Source: an uncultured virus (IMG/VR IMGVR_UViG_3300029705_005139) | Taxonomy: Duplodnaviria > Heunggongvirae > Uroviricota > Caudoviricetes | Virus record (IMG/VR): IMGVR_UViG_3300029705_005139 | Reading direction: 5' to 3' (one strand) | Length of the DNA stretch: 64,000 bases | Shown: positions 1 to 9,461 of the stretch, piece after piece | Position numbering within the stretch: the first letter of the stretch is position 1 | Layout of the letters: the number at the start of each line of letters is the position of its first letter | Translations under genes and position numbers: made by a program | The notes under the pieces: model-generated | Databases searched by the model: none | Told to the model about the DNA's origin: nothing | The model's input: the letters and a program-made list of their open reading frames with translations, nothing else

Positions 1-878
1 AACAGAGCGGAGCCGTTCATGGGCATCTGCTGGTTCTTGGTGAAGTCCTGGTTGTTAGCCTGAGCGGGGGTGGAAGGATGGGTGTAGTCAGCCAGCTTGT
101 CCAGGATGTTCAGCAGGGTCTTGCCGTCTTCGGAATCCCATGCACCCTCTTCATAGGTGGTAATGGCATTGAAGAACTCGGGACCGCCGATGGCGTTCAT
201 CAGAGCGAACATGAATGCATCGTAGTAGCCGGCGGTGGGATAAGTGAACAGGGAGATGCCCTCAGCAGCGGCAACATCGCCCAGAGCCCACATCTCGTCC
301 CAGGTGGTGGGAACTTCCCAGCCCTTGTCCTCGAACAGCTTTGCGTTGTAGAACAGGCCGCAGGGAGAGTAGAACATGGGAGCCATGTAGGTGACACCGT
401 CACCGTAGGGAGCAACGATGTTGTTGTCGGTGAAGCCGCCAGCGATCTTCTCAGAAACCTTAACGGTCTCGCCGGGGATGGTCAGGGACAGGGCGTTGGT
501 CAGGGGGTGCAGAGCATTGGCCTTGACCAGCTGCTCAGTCAGACCGGCGGGACGGCCGGTAGCCAGGTGAACAACGTCGGGGTATTCGCCATTCTGCATG
601 GGGCCAGTCAGAACGTCTTCCAGGTTCTTGTCGGTGGTCAGCTCAACCTTGATGCCGGTCTCAGCTTCGAAAGCGGCAGCAACGTCAGCCCAAACCTGAG
701 AGCCGTAAGCGGTCTCAATGGCGGCGACCTTGATGGTAACAGCTTCAGCAGCAGGAGCCTCAGCGGCAGGAGCATCGGCCTTGGGAGCCTCAGTAGCAGT
801 GCTCTCGGAAGAGCCGCCGCAGGCAGCCAGAGACAGAACCATAGCCATAGCCAGCAGAAGTGCAATAATCTTCTTCAT
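1..878 (-). CDS. Carbohydrate ABC transporter substrate-binding lipoprotein (runs off the window's left edge)
   Basis: Not in the ORF track. Read manually from ATG at 878 (RBS GGAGG): MKKIIALLLAMAMVLSLAACGG lipobox, then TIKVAAIETAYG...PMFYSPCGLFYN...WEVPTTWDEM, typical of sugar-binding proteins. Confidence 0.9.
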   Translation of the reverse strand, partial: MKKIIALLLAMAMVLSLAACGGSSESTATEAPKADAPAAEAPAAEAVTIKVAAIETAYGSQVWADVAAAFEAETGIKVELTTDKNLEDVLTGPMQNGEYPDVVHLATGRPAGLTEQLVKANALHPLTNALSLTIPGETVKVSEKIAGGFTDNNIVAPYGDGVTYMAPMFYSPCGLFYNAKLFEDKGWEVPTTWDEMWALGDVAAAEGISLFTYPTAGYYDAFMFALMNAIGGPEFFNAITTYEEGAWDSEDGKTLLNILDKLADYTHPSTPAQANNQDFTKNQQMPMNGSAL

Positions 879-1186
879 TTGTGATTCCTCCATAATATTT
901 AGTTTTTGTGAAAGCCTTCTTCCACTTATCTTAAGTATACAGAATATCCTGGCTTTCTCAAGTTGGATATTGCGCTATTTTTTATAGATATTGCTCCCAG
1001 AGCAATTTCAGCATTTCGTTCAATTTGCACATAGGTAAATTGTGCATTTCGCATAACATTGTGCAAAATCAAGTATTTCTCTATATCCTTTTCTGTTTCA
1101 AATCAAATAATTGGTATTGCAAAAAACAAGAATTCAAAATATAATATCAATATATCTAAAATAATTGATCAATTTGGGGATTTTAT

Positions 1187-2026
1187 ATGAGCAGAAACCA
1201 CTACAGCCTGGACCGGGAACAGGGCTTTACCATTCGCGGTACTGCAAAATTGCTGAATGTAGCCAGCGCCAGATATGGCGGTGACTGGCATTCAGTACCG
1301 CATACCCATAATCATCTGGAATTGTTTTTTATTGTAGGAGGCAAAGGACAGTTTCTGATCGAAGAACAGCTCTACCCGGTCGATGTGAATAATCTTGTAA
1401 TTATCAATCCCAATGTTGTCCACACGGAAGTCAGCCTCAATGCACAGCCGCTGGAATACATCGTCCTTGGTATTGATGGAATCCAGCTGGTAGGCAGTGA
1501 TACTTCCAACGGACAATTCAATATTCTGGATCATTTTGAAAGTGTGGAAGTATCCGGCTGTTTACGAAACATTCTCCGGGAAATGGAGCAGAAAAACACA
1601 GGCTACGAAGATGTCTGCCAGGCCTACATGGAGATCCTCATTATTCGCCTCATGCGCAATACCGCTCTTGCCGTCCCCACGGATCCTCAGATTGGCTCCG
1701 GTAACCGCCAGTGTGCCGCCGTGAAACGATACATTGATCTGCACTTCAAGGAGACACTGACCTTAGAACTTCTGGCTGAGGAAGCTCATATGAATAAGTA
1801 CTATCTGTCCCACGCCTTCAAACGGGAGTACGGAGTCTCCCCCATCAATTATATGATCACCCGACGCATCGAGGAAAGTAAGTACCTTCTGGCTGAAACC
1901 GACCTCTCCATGTCCCAAATCTCTCAGCTGCTGGGATTCTCCTCCCTGAGTTATTTCTCCCAGGTGTTCCGCAGAACCCAGGCAGCCACTCCCATGGAGT
2001 ATCGCCAAAGCACCAAAAATATGTAG
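1187..2026 (+). CDS. AraC-family transcriptional regulator
   Basis: N-terminal cupin (HTHNHLELFFIVGGKG) and C-terminal double HTH (LLGFSSLSYFSQVFRR...TPMEYR); divergent from the sugar-binding gene. Confidence 0.95.
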   Translation: MSRNHYSLDREQGFTIRGTAKLLNVASARYGGDWHSVPHTHNHLELFFIVGGKGQFLIEEQLYPVDVNNLVIINPNVVHTEVSLNAQPLEYIVLGIDGIQLVGSDTSNGQFNILDHFESVEVSGCLRNILREMEQKNTGYEDVCQAYMEILIIRLMRNTALAVPTDPQIGSGNRQCAAVKRYIDLHFKETLTLELLAEEAHMNKYYLSHAFKREYGVSPINYMITRRIEESKYLLAETDLSMSQISQLLGFSSLSYFSQVFRRTQAATPMEYRQSTKNM

Positions 2027-2047
2027 TACCGATTCCATAAAAATACA

Positions 2048-2091
2048 AAAAAGGAATTTCCTCTCACCCCAGTGACTGGAAATTCCTTTTT
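2048..2091. terminator. Bidirectional intrinsic terminator
   Basis: Inverted repeat AAAAAGGAATTTCC / GGAAATTCCTTTTT between convergent genes. Confidence 0.75.
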
Positions 2092-2197
2092 GGTGCATCT
2101 TATTGTGATAATATGTCCGTCTCTTCCCGAACTCTGCTGTTATCGATTGAATTATTGCCCATATCGGCAACATTTCAAATCAGAATCTAAATCGGTC

Positions 2198-3061
2198 CTA
2201 CAGTGCAGGCAGAAAGGTAACGGACAATCTCTTATCACCATTCTGGTCAACGATCACTTCTACAGGGTTCTCCCGTGCCCATCCTGAATCAGCATCGGCC
2301 CGTTCTTTCCATTTCCTGTAATGTTCCGCTACACCGTCGAACAGCACTTCCTCTGCTTCTCTGCGAGCATTTGCAGCGTCCTCTATGTTTTCATAGGTTC
2401 CCAGAAAATATTGCTTTTTCTGAAAGACGATCTTGGCAATATACTTACCCCGAACCAAATATACACCTTTATATCCTGTGGTATTGTCCTTGGGGATTTT
2501 TTTGCTTTTGAGCATGTCAACAGAAGTACCGGCTACATGGGTCAAAAATGTCTTCAACTTCTGGTCATGCTCTTTTTTCTGGCATCCGCAGCTTCTTTGA
2601 TTGGTGTATATCAGTGTATTGTAGGATAAATCAACTTCCCGGCCGCAGTCGCAGCGGCAATGCCACATGACGGAACCCTGAGGGCCACGCTCTTTCAAGG
2701 GATAGAGTGCCGTTAAGCTGTTGATCTTTTTCCCGGTGATGTCCACGTAGGCATAATGCTTCTCATGTGCTGGACCTCCACAGTGTGTTTTTTGTCCGGT
2801 TACCAGCAATGTTGCAGGCACATCGTACAGTTCTCCACAACTGCATCTGCATCGCCAGCAGGCACCGCCGGATCTCTGGGGGGCCTGCTGTTTCAGAACC
2901 GTCAACTCTCCAAAAACTTTTCCAGTCAGGTCGTAGGACAGGTCCTGCACAACAGTTTGTTTTCTCTGACCGTTCTGTCGGGGCAAATGCAGTGCCGGAA
3001 CCTGAGCCATCAGGATCGTTTCCTTTGCTGAATCCTCCAAAACCCGCTGCGATTCGTTCAT
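2198..3061 (-). CDS. AP2-domain DNA-binding protein with two N-terminal Cys-rich repeats
   Basis: Start at 3061 with RBS AGGAGGTG. Two repeats (LTGKVFGELTV..WRCRCSCG; ITGKKINSLTA..WHCRCDCG), then NTTGYKGVY...YFLGTY..IEDAANARREAE (AP2-like). Confidence 0.75.
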   Translation of the reverse strand: MNESQRVLEDSAKETILMAQVPALHLPRQNGQRKQTVVQDLSYDLTGKVFGELTVLKQQAPQRSGGACWRCRCSCGELYDVPATLLVTGQKTHCGGPAHEKHYAYVDITGKKINSLTALYPLKERGPQGSVMWHCRCDCGREVDLSYNTLIYTNQRSCGCQKKEHDQKLKTFLTHVAGTSVDMLKSKKIPKDNTTGYKGVYLVRGKYIAKIVFQKKQYFLGTYENIEDAANARREAEEVLFDGVAEHYRKWKERADADSGWARENPVEVIVDQNGDKRLSVTFLPAL

Positions 3062-3118
3062 GGGCACCTCCTTTCCCGGAGATAACACAGCCCGCCCGTA
3101 TTTGGGCGGGCTGTACAA

Positions 3119-3826
3119 TTACTTTTTCTTCTTGCGCTTAACTGCCAGAATGACAATCAGGGCAGCTGCGGAGACAGCCATGACAGCCACAGCCATCATG
3201 ATATAGTCACCGGTTTTGGGGTTGTCCACGCTGGGATCGTCGAAGGCTTCCACCGTGATCTGCCAGTCGATTTCACCAACACGGCGGGCGAATTCATTGC
3301 CCATTGTGATGGGAACATCCAGTTCCACCAGCAGCTGGATATTCTGACCGTTGCGGATTTTGACCGTTTCGGACTTCATCAGCTGGCTGGCCTTACCTTC
3401 CAGAAGAACTCTGCCGGTTTTCACGTTGGTGATCTTCATATCCAGCTGAGCAAGGAATGCCTCCATGGTGGCAATGGTCTCATCTCGACCATTGTTGTCC
3501 ACATCGGTATCGTCCTTACCCTCGATCTGCTCCTGATTTTCGGAGTATCTCAGAGGATTCTCGGTGTCATGAGGGATACCCTTGATGGTGATACGGAGGG
3601 AATCCTCGGAGAAGCGGGAAAAATTGCCATTGATGCGGATGATCTGGTCCACGCTGTCACCGGGCATAAGATTCTTAAAATCCGCGCCAAAGAGGTCGGT
3701 ATCGTGGTAAGCGCTGCCGGGGGACACGGTGATGCCATTACGGCGAATGGTAGCCGTCGCAGAGGCAGGCACCGCCAGGCTCATGACCAGCATCAGGGCC
3801 ATCAGGAGGGAAAATAGTTTTTTCAT
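3119..3826 (-). CDS. Secreted, sortase-anchored cell-surface protein
   Basis: Signal peptide MKKLFSLLMALML..A; C-terminal NPKTG, hydrophobic helix and KRKKKK tail. Confidence 0.85.
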   Translation of the reverse strand: MKKLFSLLMALMLVMSLAVPASATATIRRNGITVSPGSAYHDTDLFGADFKNLMPGDSVDQIIRINGNFSRFSEDSLRITIKGIPHDTENPLRYSENQEQIEGKDDTDVDNNGRDETIATMEAFLAQLDMKITNVKTGRVLLEGKASQLMKSETVKIRNGQNIQLLVELDVPITMGNEFARRVGEIDWQITVEAFDDPSVDNPKTGDYIMMAVAVMAVSAAALIVILAVKRKKKK

Positions 3827-3885
3827 GTTTTTACCTCCTTACTTTGCGCCGACTGCTTCGGCAGCAGCTTCGCCCCATGCCAGTT

Positions 3886-4866
3886 CTACGGGAGTTTTGC
3901 CATTTGCATGGCAGCCTTGGGGTTCTTGGCGTTGGGGTTAACGCCGACAGCCTTGTTGGAAGCGAAGGACTTCATCTGGTAGTCGGTGCCATTCATGGTA
4001 AAGGTGGGCAGAACAGCGCAGCCCAGGTTCTCACCCAGGGCAGCCAGGTTGGGCTCGTCCCAGTCACCGGAGAACATAGCGCCGATGGAACCGTCCAGCA
4101 TACCGGCGATACCGGTGCCGTCAACGTCGTTGATGAAGTTGGGGTTGGCAGCCATGTCGACCATGAACTTGGCAGCCTCGGTGCACAGGTCGGAGGAGAA
4201 GTCGATGCCGGCAGCGGCGTCGATACCCTGGGGACCAAAGACGGTACCGCCTACGCCGAAGAAGAAGGCGCCGGTGTACCAGGAGTTATCCATGGGGAAG
4301 GAAACAACGCCCTTCTCCAGCATGGTGTTCAGGTTCTTGATGTCCTCTTCGGAGAAGATGGACTTGTTGTACCACATGAACCAGGTATTGGGAGAGGTGG
4401 GGAAGCCGTAAACACCGCCGTCGGTGTAGGTCAGCAGGTCAACATGAGTCTGGGAGAAGTTGGCCTTCACATTCTCCAGGTAGGAGCCGCCCAGCTTGGC
4501 CAGAGCGCCGGCCTCAACCAGGGTGCCCATCTGGTCATTGGCGTAGAAGTAAACGTCAGCAGCGGCAGAGGGGTCATTCTTCACGATGCCGGCAGCGTCG
4601 CCTTCACCGCAGACACCCACGTCCCAGGTAATGGTGTACTCGGGGTGAGCTTCTTCGAACTTGGCCAGCATGACGGGCAGCCAGCTCTCTTCGGTTTCCT
4701 GGTCGACCTGGGGAGCCCAGACCTTCAGGGTAATGGCCTGAGGACCAGCATTTTCAGCAGCCTCGGGAGCGGCAGGTGCTGCAGCTTCGGTCTTCTCACC
4801 GCCGCCGCAGGCGACCAGAGACAGAGCCATTGCCAGCACCAGCAGCATTGCAATGATCTTCTTCAT
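3886..4866 (-). pseudogene. Maltose/oligosaccharide-type ABC substrate-binding lipoprotein, C-terminally truncated
   Basis: Lipobox LVACG; ADVYFYANDQ, YGFP..NTWFMWYNK. Ends at 326 aa just after NPKAAMQ; no permease genes adjacent. Confidence 0.7.
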
Positions 4867-4880
4867 TGTGTGTTCTCCTC

Positions 4881-5141
4881 CTATGCCCGTTCCAGATCAA
4901 TGGCAAGCTGAATTGAGCGGCGCTTGCCGATTTCGATGACTTCATATCCCCGGACATTGTAGGCCCGGAAAACCATAGATTTATCATCAGAAATATTCAG
5001 GCCATCGGATCCACAAATCTGCAGCCATTCTTTGGGAATGACAATGGTGTCCTGCAGGCGCTCGCCGGTGCGGTTGTCCTTCAGCGTAACCGGATAGGCG
5101 TACGCATTGATTTTTGTAGTTGTCCTCATTCGATAAACCAT
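4881..5141 (-). CDS. Hypothetical protein of the integrase element
   Basis: 86-aa ORF overlapping the end of the excisionase gene. Confidence 0.6.
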   Translation of the reverse strand: MVYRMRTTTKINAYAYPVTLKDNRTGERLQDTIVIPKEWLQICGSDGLNISDDKSMVFRAYNVRGYEVIEIGKRRSIQLAIDLERA

Positions 5142-5332
5142 CCTTTCTCTGCTTGCTGTTCAATCCATTTTTCCAGCCCCTTAGCGGATACAAGGAGCCG
5201 TTTTCCTAATCGGATACACGGAAAACCCTGGATTTTCACAACTTCATACATTTTTGACGGGCTGACACCGATAATCTCCGCCGCTTCGGGGACAGACAGG
5301 GTCAGCTTTTGGGGTTTGATAATTTCTGCCAT
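5126..5332 (-). CDS. Excisionase-like HTH protein
   Basis: LSVPEAAEIIGVS..KMYE....GFPCIRLGKRLLV....LEKWI; RBS GGAGGG. Confidence 0.85.
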   Translation of the reverse strand: MAEIIKPQKLTLSVPEAAEIIGVSPSKMYEVVKIQGFPCIRLGKRLLVSAKGLEKWIEQQAEKGWFIE

Positions 5333-5335
5333 GGT

Positions 5336-5536
5336 TTAACCCTCCTTGCCTGCAAGGATATCAGAAATATCCACACCAAGAGCGTCTGCAATTTTACCTG
5401 CTACCTTGGTTGTTACCGGTTCACCGCGCATTGCTTTTGTAATAGCATTACAACCAATTCCGCAGCTGCGCAGATCAGTAGCGCACATTTTCTTGCGTGC
5501 AAGACAAATCTGCAGTTTGTTCCTATCTAATCGCAT
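5336..5536 (-). CDS. Cro-like XRE HTH protein
   Basis: 66 aa, GKIADALGVDISDIL; RBS GGAGG; divergent from the repressor. Confidence 0.8.
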   Translation of the reverse strand: MRLDRNKLQICLARKKMCATDLRSCGIGCNAITKAMRGEPVTTKVAGKIADALGVDISDILAGKEG

Positions 5537-5551
5537 ACTTAACCTCCTTGT

Positions 5552-5668
5552 TTCGTTCCGTTTTCGTTCCGGTATTTATACTATAGCACCGTTTTCGTTC
5601 CGTGTCAAGGGGCCACTAAAAAAATTCGTTCCGAAATGGTTCCATTTTACAAAGAGATGTGGTATGAT
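5552..5668. promoter_or_regulatory. Divergent switch promoters with four TTCGTTCCG operator repeats
   Basis: TTCGTTCCG at 5552, 5563, 5594, 5625. Leftward TTGACA(5608-5603)-17-TATAGT; rightward TGGTATGAT near 5660-5668. Confidence 0.75.
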
Positions 5669-5686
5669 ATATGCGGAGGTGAAGCC

Positions 5687-6079
5687 ATGGCCAGAATCGG
5701 CGAAAAAATCAAAGAGCAGAGAAAATGGAAAGGTTTGACACAACAACAGCTTGCTAATGAATCTAATATTTCCGTTATGTCTGTTCGGCGGTATGAATCA
5801 GGAGAACGCGAACCAACTCAAGAGGTGGTCAAAATAATAGCTCAAGTTTTGGATATACATCCAGCTGAACTAGATGACCGCTTTGCTATCAACTTAGGTA
5901 GTGATGTAACTATCTTTGCAGAAGACGGTACACCCATTACCGTATCAGCTTCAACCCGTGAGGGAAGGTTACTAAGCAATTTTCAAGCCCTAAATGCATT
6001 GGGAAAAGATGAAGTTATCCGTCATGCTGATATACTTCTTGAATCAAACAAATTTAGAAAAAAGCCGCTCCAGGACTAA
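5687..6079 (+). CDS. XRE-family repressor
   Basis: RBS GGAGGTG; IGEKIKEQRK..GLTQQQLA....SVRRYESGEREP. Confidence 0.9.
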   Translation: MARIGEKIKEQRKWKGLTQQQLANESNISVMSVRRYESGEREPTQEVVKIIAQVLDIHPAELDDRFAINLGSDVTIFAEDGTPITVSASTREGRLLSNFQALNALGKDEVIRHADILLESNKFRKKPLQD

Positions 6080-6216
6080 CCCAGAACGGCAAAAACAAAA
6101 AACCGCCCAAGAGCGGCAACTCTTGAGCGGTCATGCTGAAAGACTCCCGTGGACAACAGGGGCATTTCTCGCTTTTCTTATTTTAGCAGATTTACCCCGG
6201 AAAGGCAAGGTGAATA

Positions 6217-7386
6217 ATGGCGAAAAGTGCGGCAGGAGCCGGAACAATCCGCAAAAAGACAATCACAAAGAATGGGAAAAAGTATACTTATTGGGAGGCC
6301 CGGTATACAACTGGGCACGATCCAGGAACCGGCAAACAGATTCAGAAAAGCATTACCGGCAAGACTCAGAAGGAAGTTTCCCAAAAACTAAAAGCTGTAA
6401 CAACTGCCATTGATACAGGAACCTTTGTGGCTCCCTGTAAAATGACCGTTGGTCAATGGCTGGATATCTGGACAGCGGAATATCTGGGCGGCGTAAAACC
6501 CCGAACCGTGGACAACTACAAAGGCGTTGTCAGATCCAGAATCAAGCCGGGTCTGGGCGCTGTGAAGCTGGATGCACTCACACCCCACACCATACAGAGT
6601 TATTATAACGGACTGAGCAAAGAAGGTCTTGCACCTAAGTCCGTGAAAAATATTCATGGTATTTTCCACAAAGCCCTGCAGCAAGCCGTTGCCAATGGCT
6701 ACATCAAAATCAATCCAGCGGATTCCTGCATCCTTCCCCGGGCGGTCCGCAAAGAACTGAAGCCCATGGACGAGGATATGATTACAGCCTTTCTGAAGGC
6801 CGTACAAGGGCACCAATTTGAACACCTGTTCACTGTTACACTTTTCACAGGAATGCGAGAGGGCGAAGCCCTGGGCCTGTTATGGGAATGTGTAGACCTC
6901 ACCAAAGGCACCATCACAGTTGATAAGCAGTTACAGTTGATCCGGGGCAGCCGGGGACAGTATCAGATGGTGCCCACAAAGAACAGCAAAGGCCGTACCA
7001 TCAGCATTGCACCCTTTGTTGTGTCCACCCTGAAGAAAGTGAAGCACAAGCAGCTTGAAAACCGGCTCCGATTTGGTGAAGCCTGGGAAGATTCCGGTTT
7101 TGTTTTCACAGATGACCTCGGGCACCATTTGTCAGCATCCACCGTCTACAAGTCTTTCAAGGCAGTCATGGTGCAGATTGGAAGCCCTGAAACACGGTTC
7201 CACGATCTACGGCATTCCTATGCAGTTGCTTCCATCAAGTCCGGTGATGACATCAAAACCGTGCAGGAAAATCTAGGCCATGCCACAGCAGCCTTTACCC
7301 TAGATATATACGGTCATGTTACGGAAAAGATGAAGCAGGAAAGCGCAGCCCGGATGGAGCAATTCATCAAAACAGTAAATAAATAA
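6217..7386 (+). CDS. Tyrosine recombinase/integrase
   Basis: TGMREGE (R), FHDLRH (HxxR), LGH, TLDIYGHV (Y); N-terminal arm-binding and SAM-like regions. Confidence 0.95.
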   Translation: MAKSAAGAGTIRKKTITKNGKKYTYWEARYTTGHDPGTGKQIQKSITGKTQKEVSQKLKAVTTAIDTGTFVAPCKMTVGQWLDIWTAEYLGGVKPRTVDNYKGVVRSRIKPGLGAVKLDALTPHTIQSYYNGLSKEGLAPKSVKNIHGIFHKALQQAVANGYIKINPADSCILPRAVRKELKPMDEDMITAFLKAVQGHQFEHLFTVTLFTGMREGEALGLLWECVDLTKGTITVDKQLQLIRGSRGQYQMVPTKNSKGRTISIAPFVVSTLKKVKHKQLENRLRFGEAWEDSGFVFTDDLGHHLSASTVYKSFKAVMVQIGSPETRFHDLRHSYAVASIKSGDDIKTVQENLGHATAAFTLDIYGHVTEKMKQESAARMEQFIKTVNK

Positions 7387-7474
7387 CCATAAGGGAAAAC
7401 CAAAGGGAAACCCAAAATACAGATTTGGGATTATTTCAACTTTTTACCTTTAGAAACAGCAATATAAGCAAAGA

Positions 7475-7507
7475 AATACCCGGTATCCAATACAGATACC
7501 GGGTATT
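7475..7507. terminator. Hairpin downstream of the integrase
   Basis: AATACCCGGTATC / GATACCGGGTATT inverted repeat. Confidence 0.7.
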
Positions 7508-7575
7508 ATTTCTGGGATTAGACAGTGTTTTGGCGAAATTCCTTTTCTAATAAAATACTGGGGTGTTACTGGTTA

Positions 7576-7758
7576 TTATGGGGTGCATTCATGGTCCTTT
7601 GGCGTAGGCACAGGAAACGGTAATTTACCTGTAGCCGCCACATAATTATACATCCATATGACCGCATCCTCAACAGCAAGCCCATGTCTGCCAAGGACTT
7701 CTTTTGCCTGCTCATAAACCTCCACTGGGAGAGTGAATTCTACCATTGCATCAGACAA
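7576..7758 (-). CDS. RelB/DinJ-like antitoxin (RHH)
   Basis: VYEQAKEVLGRHGLAVEDAV..MY..VAATGKLPF resembles the DinJ/RelB pattern. Confidence 0.6.
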   Translation of the reverse strand: MSDAMVEFTLPVEVYEQAKEVLGRHGLAVEDAVIWMYNYVAATGKLPFPVPTPKDHECTP

Positions 7759-8289
7759 CTATGATATCTCCTCATTTAATTCAATATATCGTTTCATGCT
7801 CATAACCACATATTTGGGATCGCAGTCTTCACAAATAAACAGCGTACTATCAGTTCTATCAATGTGCGCCAGACAAGCATCGAAATAGAGCAGAAAATCA
7901 TTTTTCTCGATAGCCTGCCGAGGCTTCCCCGAGCTATCGTTGGCTAGATCGGTAAGAGGAAGTGCACCTGTAGTAGCATGGGTAACATTGTTCAGCAGAA
8001 AATCATACAATGCCCCCACCTCTGTCAAGTCAGCCTGTACATGCTCACCGTTCTCTTCCCATTCTACGATTTTGGGTACATCCTCATATAGCCACCAGCT
8101 AATCCAATCATTTTGGTCTCCAGTGGTCGCCTGTAGAACCTTCAGCAAAGCATTTCGGTGCAGGCTATCCATATCCAAGTTTACCGGGAAATCACCAAGT
8201 TTCCGCAATGGTATCCGCAGTTCCTCCATGATATCATTATGCTTTTGGATGGCTCCTATGGCCTCAACAAACAGCTTCTTTGACAGCAT
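7759..8289 (-). CDS. Hypothetical protein with Phd/YefM-like C-terminal domain
   Basis: C-terminus DFLLYFDACLAHID...LFI....PKYVVMSMKRYIEL. Confidence 0.5.
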   Translation of the reverse strand: MLSKKLFVEAIGAIQKHNDIMEELRIPLRKLGDFPVNLDMDSLHRNALLKVLQATTGDQNDWISWWLYEDVPKIVEWEENGEHVQADLTEVGALYDFLLNNVTHATTGALPLTDLANDSSGKPRQAIEKNDFLLYFDACLAHIDRTDSTLFICEDCDPKYVVMSMKRYIELNEEIS

Positions 8290-8350
8290 AAGTATTCCCT
8301 CTATTTGCTTGTAGAGAAATTTTATTCCTCATGGAAATAGTATCCGCTAA

Positions 8351-9040
8351 TTATCCATGAAAGTATCTCTGTAATTCAGATGCCCATCCCAGCTTATCAC
8401 AATGCCACTGCCAGTCTTGGAGGCACCAATGGCAATGCCCAACAACATCGCAACCTCCATCATCGCTGTCCTCCGCACGCATGATTGTCAGTAGATTTTT
8501 ACATTCCGGGCAATCTTGACGATCAATAAAAAGCAGATCAATATCCACATCCCACCGTTCTGGAGCAAATTCCCTGGGATGTGCCTGCTGCAGCCACTCC
8601 TTTTTCTTCCGTACTTCCTCAATAAACGGCTTGATATCAATGCCGGAATATTTTCGTGCCCCTCGCAGCATTGTAATTATTTCATTGCCCCAAACCCGTT
8701 CATCGTAGCCGGAATATCGATCCAAACGAAACCTCTCCCCCGGTTTATCCTCTACAATTTTGCCGCCATAGGAAATTAACAGACAATCGTCTTTCAGAAA
8801 GTGGTTAAATACAAGATTGGGCAGATAGATCATATCTGTGATTCCCTTGGCAGACATATAGCCAAACCTTTTATAGTACCGCCCGTACAAATACCACTCT
8901 GGCAAGTCTTCCGGTTTAATTTTGGTGCGATAACAACCGGAGAACAGTGTACCATCCTCATTTTTCACATAACAAAGGTATCCATCCACGCGCTTGATAT
9001 CCTCTAATGTATAGACCCTTTTCTTTAACCTCTTCTTCAC
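8351..9040 (-). CDS. Hypothetical protein with C-terminal zinc ribbon
   Basis: 229 aa, RBS GAGGAAGG; CPEC...CHWC. Confidence 0.65.
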   Translation of the reverse strand: MKKRLKKRVYTLEDIKRVDGYLCYVKNEDGTLFSGCYRTKIKPEDLPEWYLYGRYYKRFGYMSAKGITDMIYLPNLVFNHFLKDDCLLISYGGKIVEDKPGERFRLDRYSGYDERVWGNEIITMLRGARKYSGIDIKPFIEEVRKKKEWLQQAHPREFAPERWDVDIDLLFIDRQDCPECKNLLTIMRAEDSDDGGCDVVGHCHWCLQDWQWHCDKLGWASELQRYFHG

Positions 9041-9071
9041 GTCTAACCTTCCTCGTTTTCTGGTCAGTAGC

Positions 9072-9461
9072 TTACTTCTGATCTCCGGAATTTATGCCGC
9101 CAGCATCTCTCTTCAAGGAAAACACGATAGCATTCTTCTGATCGTTCAAATACCTTCCAACAAACTGATGTGTATGGACAAGATCGTAACCATTCCGCTT
9201 CAGCACATCATAAACAAATGCCTTGCTGACGATGCGCATACCTACTCCCGACTTCTCCATGCCCTCTGGCACTTTAAATGACATCGGTTCTTTGGCCTTA
9301 CAAGGTGTTACCACTATTTCATCATAGCTGTCATTTACCAACAGTTTAAGATAATTTGGTTGTCCCAGTCCTCTAACAGAACTTTTAGTCACCCGCAGAA
9401 CATTGGTGTTGCCAGACATCGTAATCATAAAAGGTTCTTGCCTTTCAGTACCTTTACTCAT
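9072..9461 (-). CDS. LSR-associated accessory protein 2
   Basis: Overlaps the upstream stop; pattern resembles the LSR C-terminal domain. Confidence 0.7.
   Translation of the reverse strand: MSKGTERQEPFMITMSGNTNVLRVTKSSVRGLGQPNYLKLLVNDSYDEIVVTPCKAKEPMSFKVPEGMEKSGVGMRIVSKAFVYDVLKRNGYDLVHTHQFVGRYLNDQKNAIVFSLKRDAGGINSGDQK

Larger units (their letters stand above)
4881..7420. mobile_element. Remnant of a tyrosine-integrase element (satellite/IME-like)
   Basis: hyp-xis-cro <> repressor-int layout; leftward arm ends after three genes. Confidence 0.75.

Noticed and set aside
78..884. 268-aa plus-strand ORF, and similar long antisense ORFs (3844-4911, 25629-26651, 33667-34746, 38185-40026, 46774-48240, 56836-58311)
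   Set aside because: They are shadows of real opposite-strand genes with biased codon use; no motifs or RBS.
2198..3061. HNH homing endonuclease
   Set aside because: AP2 and Cys repeats are present but no HNH catalytic motif is visible.
7514..7545. dif-like (Xer) site
   Set aside because: Only loose one-arm resemblance to known dif sites; cannot be supported without genome context.
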